DNA from: Glycera tridactyla
Taxonomy: Eukaryota
DNA: 64,000 nucleotides
Assembly (NCBI GenBank): GCA_965644265.1
Contig: OZ286465.1
Span: 108,128,001 to 108,192,000 of the forward strand
Direction of reading: 5' to 3'
The notes under the pieces were generated by a model. The model was not told the origin of the DNA, ran no database searches, and saw only the letters and a list, made by a program, of their open reading frames with translations. Position 1 is the first letter of the stretch; every line of letters starts with the position of its first letter. Positions 11,490-24,474 of the stretch are shown here, piece after piece. A program made the translations under genes and the position numbers.

Positions 11490-12400
11490 GTGCCTGAACT
11501 CCAAAATATTCTTGAATCCCTCAATACAAGCATATCAGTCAATATGCCCATAGATACTCTCCCTCCTCACTCCTTTGAGGCTAGTCTAGACTCCCTATAC
11601 TCTGAAATAGGCCTTGACACTCAACTCAGACAGAGGCAGGAACCAGTCAAGCGGGAACAAACTCCGCACCTACTCCATGTACAAAAATGAATCTTCATTT
11701 GAACCATATCTAGACCACGTTGCAAACTTCAAAAAGCGATCAGCAATAACGAAACTCCGCATCAGTGCTCATAATCTAGCAATTGAAAAAGGCAGGTATA
11801 GCAACACACCTGCTCATCTTCGTTTCTGCAACACATGCCCCCTCACTGTTGGGGATAAATTCCACTTCCTCCTTAATTGTCAGCCCCTGCAAGACCTACG
11901 TGATCAACTATTATTAACTAGCCATGAATTCATAGAGAACTTTTCTAAAATGGACCCAACCTCTCAATTCACCTCAATAATGAAAGCTGAATCCAAATAT
12001 TTAGATTCAGCAATGGGGGAATTTTGCCTATTTTGGACTTGACACGGTGAAACTGTCAAATACTATGGAACCTGACACTAGCACCAAGGGCCCACAAGCA
12101 CCTCAAACAATTGTCTTGTCTCCCTGATGTAATTTTGACATATGTATTGCCTACCATGTTTTTCACTGTCACACGCACCCACTCACATGCACACACCCAC
12201 ATCCACACACGTACACATTCACCCACACAGACACTGCCACACCAGCTAAGTTCCTGTGATTGTATATATATATAAGTTGTATATTGAATTGAATTGAATT
12301 ATATAAATTGATTGTTTATGTAGATGCTTTATTTGCCTATTAGTACCGATGTCACTTGATGATAAGGTGTGAATAAAGTTTTTTTGATTTGATTCGATTT
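11490..12400 (+). mobile_element. RTE-X-like LINE 3' end (ORF2 C-terminus + 3' UTR + tail)
   Basis: RSAITKLRISAHNLAIEKGRY...RFCNTC...FHFLLNC; AATAAA followed by a (TTGAT)n-like tail near 12375-12405. Confidence 0.7.
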
Positions 12401-13203
12401 GATTTACACGCAATCGAACTGACACGGCCGAAAGTAGCTAGTCCGGCTGCTGCTCCTCTGGCCGTGTGAAGCATGCTCGCCGAGATCGCCGAGCCGAGAT
12501 TTCCGACTTCAGACGATCATATCTCAGAAGGTTTTCAATATTTCTTGCTCAAATTTGCAGGGAAGATGCACAAACTCCTCCTTAATTTCATCCTATAGTT
12601 TGGAATAAGTTGGTTGAGAATTAATGATATGGCGGGCAGGTGAACACAGCCATCTTGATTTGCTCACTCCCTCCCAGCGAGTAGAGTGTAACTGACAAAT
12701 CCGCTGTGCACACAATGTTGACACCTCCGATTTGAAGGCTATTTCTGCAATGAGCCAGTAGGAGTAGACACTCCGTACTTTCACAGTTTGTTGACATTTT
12801 CTCAAAGTTTTCTCAGCTGTTTGTACAAAAGCGATACGACCATCAGAAGCGGAGCTACATCCATTCATAAGTTGAACATTTTTCAAACAGGTTTTACTCA
12901 AAAATCTTTCCTAATGACCCCCAAATAGACAATTCGAACTTGAAACTTCAGCTCATGCTGAATCCATTGGTATATAGATCACCTTTGTAAGTAGATTGGC
13001 TCATTGCAGTTTTTAGCTTTTAAAAAGTGGTTGTATATGGGAGAGACTGCTGACAACTTGTGAAGTGTGGAGCAACCATTAAGGAGTGGTGTGTGTGTGT
13101 GTGGGGGGGGGGGGGGGGAGGTGGGAAGAGTGAGCAGAGCTCGATTGCAATTAGTAGACTGTGTGCAAATCATGCCCAGCAAGAGCACCAGGCTGAGATT
13201 CCC

Positions 13204-14030
13204 AACGGAATGCCTAATTTTATACAATTTTCTTCATTTTTTCATGCTTGAAGTCGATATTTTGCAGCAAAAGGAAATATTCATCGAAGATATGTCTATA
13301 ATGCATCATTCTCTCACCTAAAATGCTGCCAAAAGTTAATCTTTATTTGAAAAAAATGTCTTTATTCAAAAAACGGAATGCCTAATTTTACACAATTTCC
13401 ATCATTTTTTCATGCTCAAAGTCAATATTTTGCAACAAAAGAAAATATTCATTGAAGATATTTTCATACTGAATCATTCTCCCACCTAAAATGCTGCAAA
13501 AAGTTTATCATTATGTGAAAAAAATGAGTTTATTCAAAAAACGGAATGCCTAATTTTATACAATTATCATCATTTTTTTCATGCTCAAAGTCAATATTTT
13601 GCAACAAAAGAAAATATTCATTGAAGATATTTTCATGCTGAATCATTCTCCCACCTAAAATGCTGCAAAAAGTTGATCATTATGGGAAAAAAATGAGTTT
13701 ATTCAAAAAAACGGAATGCCTAATTTTATGCAATTATCATCATTTTTTCATGCTGGAAGTCATTATTTTGTAACAAAAGTAAATTTGTATCTTGGATATA
13801 CCTATAATTCATTATTCTCCTGCCTAAAATGTTGCAAAAAGTTACTTATGTGAAAAAAACGGGATGCCTAATTTTATACAATTTTCATAATTTTCTCATG
13901 CTCAAAGTCATTATTTTGCAACAAAAGTAAATTTGCATTAAAGATATATCTTTTATCAATCATTGTCCCATTGGAAATGCTGCCAAAAGAGAATCAGTAT
14001 GTGCAAAAATTGACTTCATTAAAAAAAAAT
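13204..14030. repeat. ~168-bp AT-rich tandem repeat, about 5 copies
   Basis: aacggaatgcctaatttta recurs at about 13204, 13371, 13540, 13710, 13858; a further ~165-bp-period pair at about 14181/14346. Confidence 0.85.
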
Positions 14031-15074
14031 GTATACCCTTTAGAATTTATACACAGAAGTCAATTGCAATTAGAAGAGCCTGTGATCAGGTAGGCTTGAC
14101 ATCTGCTCACTTGAATGACACTCATAATCAATGTCATCCTGCATGGTAGTGGTAGTGGTAGCATGTACCGTGTAAGAGTTTCAATAGCATGAAAATGATT
14201 ATGTCTCCATCTCCAATATTAGATGACATATGAAAATACAACATTCTGACTTTGCAGCAAATTGGATCCTTTGCCTGAAAATTTTAAATTTTCCCCACAA
14301 TGACAAGTGAATATTGGTTTTATTGTTTACTTTGCATGTAAGAACTTCAATAGCATGAAAAAATTATGTCACTATCTTCATTATTGACAAAGATATGGTA
14401 AAAAAACTACATTTTCTACACTCTAGCGTGCCGGATGCAAAAATGACGAAGTCCAAATTGTCAGATTGGCACGAAACCAGATTTGAGAACTGAATATTTT
14501 TTCAAGCACTTGTCACAAACCAACTTTTCATCCCATTCCTTAATGCACGTGTTGATGACAGTGGGAAATGACTGGAAAAACTTCTCTAGATGAATAATTC
14601 TCCCCATGGTGATGTCCTTAATATGGGCCCTCAGTCAGTTTTGCATACCAGCTTGAGCAGGATGTTTCAGATTCTCACCAAATGTGGAAAATCGGGTCTT
14701 TAAGATTGCAATAACTCAAAAACTACTGGTCCGATTTGCATAATTCTTTTTTGGTTAGATTTGTCTCAGTGAGTTCCACATGATGAGTCAAAATACAAAT
14801 AGCTTGGTGAAATTAAAAAAAATACCAAACTAGCTACCGAAAGCTCACGAATTTTACCGTTTCTGGCGAATAATAGCAATATTCCTTCATGAAAATACCT
14901 GCATTTGTCAACAGTGAGGTATTTTTCATGCCATTTGCATGTATTTCACTAAATATTCAGCGAATATAGATGTTAATTCAGCGAAACATTAGTGGGCAAT
15001 ATTGGGAGTATTTGGTATGATGTACGTGTGTTCGCAACCGGGCCCAGTTATTCGAATCTCCCTCTCTACAGCGG

Positions 15075-15247
15075 TTGGTTGGCTGGTTGGTTGGTTGTGG
15101 TTTAACGTCAGGTCAGCACCATCTGGGCTATATTGTGACGCCCATGCAATGGGCATGGGTGGAATCTTCAAGACTCCTCCTTCTGGGTCCCAAACGGAAG
15201 GCGAAAATTTATGAAATTCACAGACACTCAAGGTGTCATTTCTGAAA
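15075..15247 (-). mobile_element. SINE-like family A copy
   Basis: 11-bp TSD ctctacagcgg (15064-15074/15248-15258). Confidence 0.85.
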
Positions 15248-15902
15248 CTCTACAGCGGCCAACCACCGACAGCGCCGCCAACCACCGACAGCGCCCACTT
15301 TCAGCCGCGACCATCAGTGGCCGTTATGAGCAGGTTCAACTGTATATATATGTATATATATATACATATATAGAGATATTTGTGCGAGGGTGTGTTTGGC
15401 ACTAGCTAAAGGACATGTCCTTGTCACGTCCCCTTCACACACATGCATGCATGCGCACATAATATTGGGTGTTATTATTCAAGTTATTGAGAATAATGAT
15501 CATGACAATCAACAATGCGTTTTTCAAACAGTAGATAAGTTGGGAGCCATTCTATGTACACTGATGAATCGTGGCTGTGTGTCAATAGCTTCCAATAGGA
15601 CTACCAGAATTTGTGATGCTATGTGTAAGCTCCAGTTGTGCTGTATTGTTACGCCCATGCAATGGGCATGGGTGTGATCATTCAAAAAGTCTCCCTCTGG
15701 GTATGAAATTCAGACATTCTAGGTGTCATTTCAGATACTCATGGTGTCATTTCACAGACACTCGAGGTGTCATTTAGTGACTGTGGTATCACCCTGTGGA
15801 TAGAGGACTGATTCATGTGGTCTTAACTATGTCAGATCATTTTGGATAGTTTTATCACAATTTCATTTGTATTAGAGATCTAATGGCATGTATCAACCCA
15901 GA

Positions 15903-16095
15903 TTTGTTTGTTTGTTTGAGGTTTAACGGCATGTATCAACTCACAGGATTATGTATGCCGTGTGTCCCTGGTCAATGAAAGCAAGATCTTCTCTCCCCTG
16001 CAGACATCACTCTCACAAACCTTGATCACAAGATGATGGGGAACCTGAAAAATTGTCAAGTGGGAGTAGCTGACAGTTCAGACACACCTCTACCT
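15903..16095 (-). mobile_element. SINE-like family C copy with (AAAC)n tail
   Basis: Matches 60476-60672 and 62790-62980; sense 3' end gccgttaaacctc-aaacaaac; common 5' end ggtgtgtctgaac; partial second copy at about 16120-16230. Confidence 0.75.
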
Positions 16096-16401
16096 ACTCT
16101 TCATGAACAAACTAGTCAATGAAAACTAGAAGTTCTGTCCCCTGCAGGCATCACTTACACAAACCATGATCACAAGAGCAGGGCAACCGAAGAACCACCT
16201 GATGACACATCTGACCACAAATCATGATCATGGGAATTTCAAGGAGATCCAGCAATAAAACTCAACCCCAAGACACTGTATATGAATTTTTATTTTTATT
16301 TTCCATTTTTATACTGTGAGAGATACAATCTCTCTATTTCTTGAAATAACCAACATATTCATAAATACATCCTATTTACATTCAATAAGGCGAGACAGAC
16401 T

Positions 16402-17280
16402 CACCTCAATGTGGGGTAGCCTAGACTGGATCATAAGGACAACTTCGCCTCAATGTGGGGTAGCCTAGACTGGATCATAAGGCCAACTTCACCTCAATGT
16501 GGGGTAGCCTAGACTGGATCATAAGGCCAACTTCACCTCAATGTGGGGTAGCCTAGACTGGATCATAAGGACAACTTCACCTCAATGTGGGGTAGCCGAG
16601 ACTGGATCATAAGGACAACTTCACCTCAATGTGGGGTAGCCTAGACTGGATCATAAGGCCAACTTCACCTCAATGTGGGGTAGCCGAGACTGGATCATAA
16701 GGACAACTTCACCTCAATGTGGGGTAGCCGAGACTGGATCATAAGGACAACTTCACCTCAATGTGGGGTAGCCTAGACTGGATCATAAGGACAACTTCGC
16801 CTCAATGTGGGGTAGCCTAGACTGGATCATAAGGCCAACTTCACCTCAATGTGGGGTAGCCTAGACTGGATCATAAGGACAACTTCACCTCAATGTGGGG
16901 TAGCCTAGACTGGATCATAAGGACAACTTCACCTCAATGTGGGTAGCCTAGACTGGATCATAAGGACAACTTCACCTCGATGTGGGGTAGCCTAGACTGG
17001 ATCATAAGGACAACTTCACCTCAATGTGGGGTAGCCTAGACTGGATCATAAGGACAACTTCACCTCAATGTGGGGTAGCCTAGACTGGATCATAAGGACA
17101 ACTTCACCTCGATGTGGGGTAGCCTAGACTGGATCATAAGGCCAACTTCACCTCAATGTGGGGTAGCCTAGACTGGATCATAAGGCCAACTTCACCTCAA
17201 TGTGGGGTAGCCTAGACTGGATCATAAGGACAACTTCACCTCAATGTGGGGTAGCCTAGACTGGATCATAAGGCCAACTT
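16402..17280. repeat. 44-bp minisatellite, 20 near-identical copies
   Basis: Unit cacctcaatgtggggtagcctagactggatcataagg(a/c)caactt; 879 bp = 20x44 minus one deleted G. Confidence 0.97.
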
Positions 17281-19801
17281 TGGACAATGGGCGACAGCTT
17301 CGCCACTAGTAGCGCGAGATTTGAACATTGTGACAACAGACAATCGGTATCCCCAATTTGCCGCCAGCCCTTCATGCCACCCCCATCTATTTTGTTGGGC
17401 TGATCAGAGAGAGGCACAGATGAGTTGAGGACTACCACCCCACTTCAACTGAAAAAGTAAAAAGCAAATGATGAAGATCTGGATCCTGGATTCATAAAAC
17501 AGCAGATGTCACTTGTGATAAGTGAAGGTTTGCTCCAAAATGTCTAGAACTGGATTAATCATCAGGATTTCTTATATATATCAGGATATTTTAGGTGGCT
17601 AGCATGCCAGCAACTAACGCTGGAAGTGGGCACATTGTTACTAACTCTTGTGATTGTAACCCTCACAACAACTAAAAAAGGGAACTATCTCAGGTTGTTG
17701 CTTAAAAATGGTCCAAAACTGAGCTATGATCTCAAGATTTGAGCACAGGGGTCCCGAAATACAACTTGCATGAATAGCTAAGCTAAGCTATAGTTTTCAT
17801 TCACTGCATCGAAGAAGGATTAGGGATGTGATTGGCTGCCAACCAGAAACCCTGAAAACCTGGCCGGAGGCAGATTTCAACAAGATATTGTGGACCATCT
17901 AATGCCCAACAACCGCTGACTAATGGCGACCATAACTCAATACAGACTTTGTGCTCCATCTCCACAAATTCTGGTCGGATTTTCATGATTTAAAAGACAA
18001 AATATTCAGCATGAAATGTTTTTTTCTGTCAGATGCATTTCTTGCTCCATTTGTGATATAAACACGGAAATCCACGGAACAATCACATCCCTGGAAGATG
18101 GGGGGGGGGGGGGGGGGTATAATTCTTCTGCAGAACTTGAAATCACACTGAATTATTATTGATTGATACAGTCAAAACAGAAAGATCACTGTGACTAGCA
18201 ACAAAATCTGCTGGCTAACACAAACATCCGGGAGTCTGTGATCACTTCCTCCAAAATATCCTGATCAATATGGCAAACTCTGGTGGTCATTAAGCTGCAA
18301 ACATTCAAGCAAAGGCAGCTGCAAAAGCGTCAATGAATGACATATCAACTGGGCAATTACACTGCTCAAAATGTTAAGGGCCTGAGGTCCCGGGGCAACT
18401 GGAAATGGGCATCCGGAAATTTGGCTCAAGAACAGACATTACTCCGAGATCATAATGGTCGGATCTCTGCAAGAGCCATACAAAGATGAGGTGTGGATGC
18501 TTTGCTCCAAAGGAGCATCTTATCACGCACGATTATTAGGAACATTTATAACGTCAGGAAATGACCTGGGGGGGGGGGGGGGGGGTTGATACACAGCAAT
18601 GAATCTAATAAGCAAGAACATAAAGTTCCCACAAGTTTGTCTCATCTTTCTTGGCTCCTTATGCAACACAAAACAGGAGGCAAACATGGCAAAACTTCAG
18701 CCAAATTTTTCAGACTTGTATACCTTTAGAATTCAAACGCATATTCTTCTTTGTCACTGAAGGGAAACATGACCTGTGTTCATGGCAAAAACAAATATAT
18801 TCCAATCAAGACGGTGATTTCTGACATTCTCAAATGAAAATGTCACGAAAAAAAGAATCAAAATCTATAAAATTCCTATCCACAGAAATGTACATATCAA
18901 TATTCTAGCACACTAGGAAGAATCAATCAATCAACTTTTTTTCAAAATATGCTGTCAAATGCGAGATTTCTAATAAAGAAAAATAAACTTTGGTTTCTAC
19001 ATCTGAGGCTCAGACCCGCCCAGCCAGATACTTATTAACAACTCTATAGGCATAAACAGTTCTGGGACGAGGGTGCTTCAGCATCTGGGATGCATCTCAG
19101 ATTAATCCATTTCTCAACAGAAATTTCCCAGAATGCCTTCACTCCATCTGGTTAAGTGCAATATTCCTATTGTTCTATGGGGCAATGGGCCCCTGACTGC
19201 CTTGAAAAGGACTCACCCTGTTTCTGTTTGGCCCATCTATTCTAGTGATTGATTACCAGACTATTACTTGTTTGGGTGACTAATTCCCTCGTATACTCTC
19301 ACCTAGCATGATGCATTATCCATAAATGCCAACCTTTGAAGGACGAAAACAGTAGTTGTGCCAATGTCAGAGTAGTAGTCAGTATTTGCGATGGAATAAT
19401 AAGAAAAACCCTCATTTTGCAGAGTAGCATCACCCATGAAATGCAATAATTTGGGCTAAAAATCGTAGGGGTTGGCATCTCTGCATGATCCCATGATGAT
19501 GGTGTAACCTTCAGAAGACAGCACTCTTATATTGACAGCTCCGGTTGTGACCCATCTGTATCTTGCAAGCCAGTACACAGCCACTGTATGATTATGATCA
19601 AGCTGTTCATCGCCCGCCGACATGCTGCAATCATGGGCTCAAATCAAATCCTCATTCCTATTTCAGCAGAACTCTTTACATGGATTGAGGATGTTGAGTG
19701 CTGATTGGGTGTCGTCTGAAGTGAGAATCGGTGAGAGTAGTTGTACCGCCGTCGCAATCCTTCACATCTTCAGCCAGCAAGTACTTGATGCACAACAGTA
19801 G

Positions 19802-19807
19802 TTTATT
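19802..19807 (-). terminator. Candidate polyadenylation signal (AATAAA) of TIMM17
   Basis: tttatt on the plus strand, about 145 nt downstream of the TIMM17 stop. Confidence 0.5.
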
Positions 19808-19950
19808 TCTGTACTCACCCCAGATATGTACTGATCTAACTTCAACTCAGGCTACATCAGCAACACATCCCAAAGTTAGAATATATCATGGCGTCTTTCA
19901 AGGCTTCACATCAATTGAACATTTTAAAACCTAGTGTGCTAATTGTCCCG

Positions 19951-20057
19951 TCATTGGTACTGAGCGTACTGTCCACCGGCGCTGCCGAACATGGGCTGTG
20001 ATGATTGTGGAGGCAGCTGTGAGGGGTCGTCGGGGGGCATCACTGCCTGGAAGTTGG
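19951..20057 (-). CDS. TIMM17: TIMM17 exon 6 (terminal)
   Basis: ggtttcag acceptor; (A)[15 protein letters not shown]...QYAQYQ-stop. Confidence 0.9.
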
Positions 20058-20404
20058 CTGAAACCAAGGAGGAAACGACATCTCGTGAAATGAAGAATCA
20101 TCACAGGAAAGACACAAATGAAAGCAATCCCCATTTGCTCACTTCGGAAGCAATAGCATCTGGCACGCGCACGCGCACACGCACACACTTACGACATACA
20201 CCAGCCCCTGCCAGACAAAATTAAAATTTCAGGAGCCAGAAAATTTGTGGAGTTTCAGCAAACAGCTGACTCTTAGCTTTCAATATTTAGGTTGAAATTT
20301 GGTCGCATCCGGCTTGCCACACACACACACATTTTTTGTTTGTTGGAGGTATGCCAGCATGTATCAATCCTAGGGTTATGTATGCCATATGTTCCTGGTC
20401 AATG

Positions 20405-20460
<56 letters not shown>

Positions 20461-23400
20461 ACACGGACACACACACACGCACACACTGGATACGAAGAAC
20501 CCACCTTGTTTGTACTGATCAGCTGTGAATCTGGTCATTAAGATACCGACACCTTCAATTAGAGCTAAGAGTACGCCGCCAATGATTGCCGAGCCCGCCA
20601 TGGCCGCCGCTCCGTCTACAACACAAGTCAGTCTCAGTCAGCATCGATCTTACAGGTCGTGCCGGACTATGCGTACCTCATGCTGGAAGGCACATTTCAA
20701 GACCGGGTTGCATCCTGGATTGTCAAAATTGGGGGCTATTTGCCCCCCTACATTCAGGAAAAGGGGGCATTTCTTCAGAAAATATCCCCAAATGAGTTCA
20801 CTTGATATAAAAAAGAACAGCCTATTTGTTGATTTAGGGGACCTGAATGTCAAGCCTTGAATAGGTAGCTTACATGAAAGAACATAAAATATCACCTCCA
20901 AAACAATTTTCATGGCATACTGACATACTTATACCCCGGATTTCAGGAGGACCACTTACTTCGCACTGAAAGGATGGCACCGGTCATTGCACCACTGGTA
21001 ATGGAGTTCCATGGATCTTCTTTTTTGCGTATGTAGACAAGTGAACAGTCGATGGCAGAGAACATACCACCCCACACAGCAAAATTACCTGAAATAGTGC
21101 ACAACTGAAGATTTACCACTTTCTCAAATTCTGATGCTTCAATACATGTTTTGTTGAGAGAAAAAGCCTGCTTTACCTCAACAAAATTTTGCTATTTCTC
21201 AGATGAATGACCCAACACTTCCTTCCTCTTGTCCAGATTAAAATGACAATAACAGGGCGAGAAGAGATAGCCGCCCCCCTGCCTGGGGCAGGTAGATTTT
21301 ACAGGTGGGTAGGTGGAAAATGATCATAAATGACATGCATATATAAGCAGGGCAGGTAGATTTTTCAGGGGGCAGGTTGATTTTCATGATGTCTTCTTGC
21401 CCTGCAATAATAATAAACAACACTTCCGGGTGTTATAGTTGCTCAGTATCAGTATTTTTGAGGAGCCAATCAGTCAACATCTCCATGCAAGATGATGTGC
21501 TTTAATTGAGTAATATTTCCTGTTAAACAGGACTCACCGTATCAATCTGAACATTATTCTGGAGATGCTGTGCTTTAATTGAGTTAATTTTTTCTGTTAA
21601 ACGGGACTCACCGTATCAATCTGAACATTATTCTGGAGATGCTGTGCTTTAATTGAGTCATGTTTCCTGTTAAACGGGACTCACCGTATCAATCTGAACA
21701 TTATTCTCATTTATAATATTGCATATCAATAGATTTAACGGTCAAAATGGAAATCCATGGATGGACTTACCTCCGGTGATAGGAGCACGCTGTTTCACTG
21801 CAAGAAAACTGCCCATTAATCGCCTATAATTTCCCTGAAAACAGAAAATCCCAAGTTGTACACTGACTGACCATCAAGATTCTTGAAGTGACATTCAATA
21901 GCCATCCTCTGGTACGAGACACCTTGCATTCGGATGGATGAGTTGAAAGTTAGAAAAATGTGCACAGGTTCTCAAGTAGCTGTGATGTACAAGAATGAAA
22001 TAAATGAGGACCCCAATCATTGATCACGAGTTGCATTTAGATTCAAATCGGCAAATATCCCCAATCAATGAGATCAGAGCTTTAATGATAAAAATGTAGC
22101 AAAAAATGTTTTCTTCATTCGGTGAACATTGATAAATAGCTTGTTTGTCTGTTACATCTTTTCCAACTTTTTGGCTCATATCGGTCTCAATAACTCAAAA
22201 TGCTGAAGAAAAGATACACCACTGCCAGGGTTTTACACACTAACATCAGCTTATAGAATTGGCAGATTCACCAAATAAAATGCAATAAAAGGAGGTTGGT
22301 TGGCTCTGGTTTAACGTCATGTCAGCACCATCTGGGCTACATTGTGATAGGTCTCTACATCCACCAAAATATTTAGGAGCCAGGTGACTGCTGTGTTGTT
22401 GGTTTTTGGTAGCCAGTGCAAAATTTTGGTAGCCAGTCAATAGATTGCCAATTAATCCTAGAAAAAATTTATGGGTGATTGGCTTCTAACTTTTAAAATA
22501 TTGTAGCAAGAGGGTGAATTTGGTAACCAATGGCTACCCATAGGTAGCAACATAGACCCCTGTGTGACGCCCATGTGATAGGCAAATGGAAGGTGAAAAT
22601 TTCTAAATTCACAGACATTCAAGGTGCATATCCTCATCAGGAACACATGAATATATGAAATCAGGTTTGATGACTGGCATATTGGTCAGATCAGATGAGA
22701 GAGTGACTTCATGTCAAACATACACATCACTTAGATCTGACGGATAGTGCAGCGAACAAATTTTCAAACAGACTGACTCATAATCTAAAATGAGACCTGA
22801 AAATTTTGAGTAGTGATCCTATTTTATCTATGGGCTAGGGTCCTGACTAAGGCGGCTCATCAATGGGCGGCATTCTGTCGAGGGTTCTGAAACCACACTC
22901 AAGAGATTTCTAGTGCAATTACTGTAATATTCTGATAAAGCCTCAGTTCTAGGCTCCTAATTTGATTTACAATCCAACCAAACCTGCAATGAGCAATCAT
23001 TGTTTTGCAGAACATTTTCTAACTATTCATCTGCAACAAACATATTGATAAGCAGATAGGTTCCACAGTGTTTAATTTATTACCAATGATTTGCTGAAAC
23101 ATTTAGATCTTTAGTCACAGAAAATCATGAGGATTCACCAGGTTAGGGTCAAAGGTCATGCAGTTATACTCACACTTGGAGCATTTCGGAAACCTTTGAT
23201 TGAATGAAACACCGAGCCCCCGATTGCACCCATCGCAAATGCACCCCCGCAGTCATCTACTATCCGCCATGGGCTGAAACATAGGTACAAAACAAACTGT
23301 AAATATGCCACACAGAAGCTCAGAAAAGGAAGTACAGTAAAACCTCTTTTGTGAGACTGTCCTTCATCTGTTCTTTCCTATTTGATATATAGTCAATTAT

Positions 23401-24474
23401 ACCTCCAATGAGACCACCTCTCTTGAGACCGCTTGTGGTTGGCATTTTGGGCGGTCTCACAAAAGAGGTTTTAATGTATATATCAGCCAATTATGCTAAT
23501 TGGGGAGGGGGGGGGGGGGGGGTAATCCAGTGACTGGTTGGTTGAGATGCCAATTTCTTGAGTAATGATGGCAGTATTTGCAATTATAAAATGTATGGAT
23601 CCTGAAATTCTTTGAGTAATATTATGGCTGAAATGCCCAATTTCTCAGTCAAAAGAGATCGCCGGGGGGGGGGGGGTTGTTTGTTTCGGTTTAAGTTTAC
23701 ATCAGCGCCATGTGCTATATTGTGATGCCCACCCAATGCTCATGCATTCAACTCTCAGCTACTTCATGGAATTGTTACCTTTAATGCCAATGACATAATT
23801 TATATATGAATGCAATGAAATACTTAGTCTTAGTCACAGTGGCTTTCGGGTTCTGCATTCTAAAGGAAGTCTAAGAGTCTATGTCTATGTCACTAAAAAA
23901 AAGAGTAAGTGTAAAGATCACAACAAATTGGAAATCATAATTTGCTGGGTCTCACCAGAATTTGAGTCTGGAGGCCAATGCTGCACTGATGCTGACGAAA
24001 AATGGTCACCCCTCGGCCCTGATTGGATGTGATATCTGACTGATGAAATACACAAACTGGTTATGTCAGCTGTCAGATAGAGTATGCCCAGGCCTACATG
24101 ACAAACATCACACCATATTCCACAGAGCGACTAGACGCATTAGGAACCGGCAATACGTTATTTCAGGCACTCAACAAGACGACGGTTGAAAGGCGATGGC
24201 CCGAGGAGTAGTTCTACACCCATGTTGATGTTGCGTGGTTGACCTTGCCCACGGTTGCCTGGTTGATAATGAGGGCAAAGTTGGGTTGTGTAAGTACGGC
24301 GCAACTTCGGGCGCTGATTATTACGAGCACACGCGGGTCATCGGCGAAAGAGTGGCGTAAATACATGACATGTGGGTTTCATATTCAAAATCCATAAGGT
24401 ATATCAAGGTACAATCTGAAATATCCACTCCCTGGCTGAAATACTCACCACGGTTCACGTGCGTACTCCTCCAT
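19951..24474 (-). CDS. TIMM17: Mitochondrial import inner membrane translocase subunit Tim17, six coding exons, 178 aa
   Basis: Exons 24449-24474, 23174-23273, 21771-21834, 20960-21088, 20505-20615, 19951-20057, all GT-AG; spliced 537 nt gives [178 protein letters not shown]. Confidence 0.97.
20402..20486. repeat. (CA)n microsatellite in TIMM17 intron 5
   Basis: Direct read. Confidence 0.95.
20505..20615 (-). CDS. TIMM17: TIMM17 exon 5
   Basis: 111 nt; [29 protein letters not shown]; AG/GT flanks. Confidence 0.95.
20960..21088 (-). CDS. TIMM17: TIMM17 exon 4
   Basis: 129 nt; [14 protein letters not shown]...[12 protein letters not shown]; tttcag/gtaagt flanks. Confidence 0.95.
21253..21404. 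mobile_element. CAGGG-ended MITE in TIMM17 intron 3
   Basis: TIR cagggc/gccctg; 6-bp TSD caataa. Confidence 0.75.
21496..21709. repeat. 73-74-bp tandem triplication in TIMM17 intron 3
   Basis: tgtgctttaattgag at 21496, 21569, 21643. Confidence 0.9.
21771..21834 (-). CDS. TIMM17: TIMM17 exon 3
   Basis: 64 nt; [21 protein letters not shown]; tttcag/gtaagt flanks. Confidence 0.95.
23174..23273 (-). CDS. TIMM17: TIMM17 exon 2
   Basis: 100 nt; [19 protein letters not shown]; tttcag/gtgagt flanks. Confidence 0.95.
23335..23476. mobile_element. TA-flanked Tc1/pogo-type MITE in TIMM17 intron 1
   Basis: TIR cagtaaaacctcttttgtgagac/gtctcacaaaagaggttttaatg, TA on both sides; relatives at about 42850-43200, 49645-49815, 56100-56270, 56385-56550, 61558-61690. 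Confidence 0.7.
24449..24474 (-). CDS. TIMM17: TIMM17 exon 1 (coding part)
   Basis: gacaaaATGGAGGAGTACGCACGTGAACCGTG|gtgagt. Confidence 0.95.

Noticed and set aside
16402-17280. CRISPR array
   Set aside because: Contiguous identical units with no spacers and no cas genes; it is a minisatellite.
17700-19750. Additional host gene downstream of TIMM17
   Set aside because: Short ORFs without recognisable homology or a consistent splice chain; may be very old TE debris.
24040-24046. Hammerhead core CTGATGA (also at 63047-63053)
   Set aside because: No flanking stems with a correctly placed GAAA/NUH found by eye.
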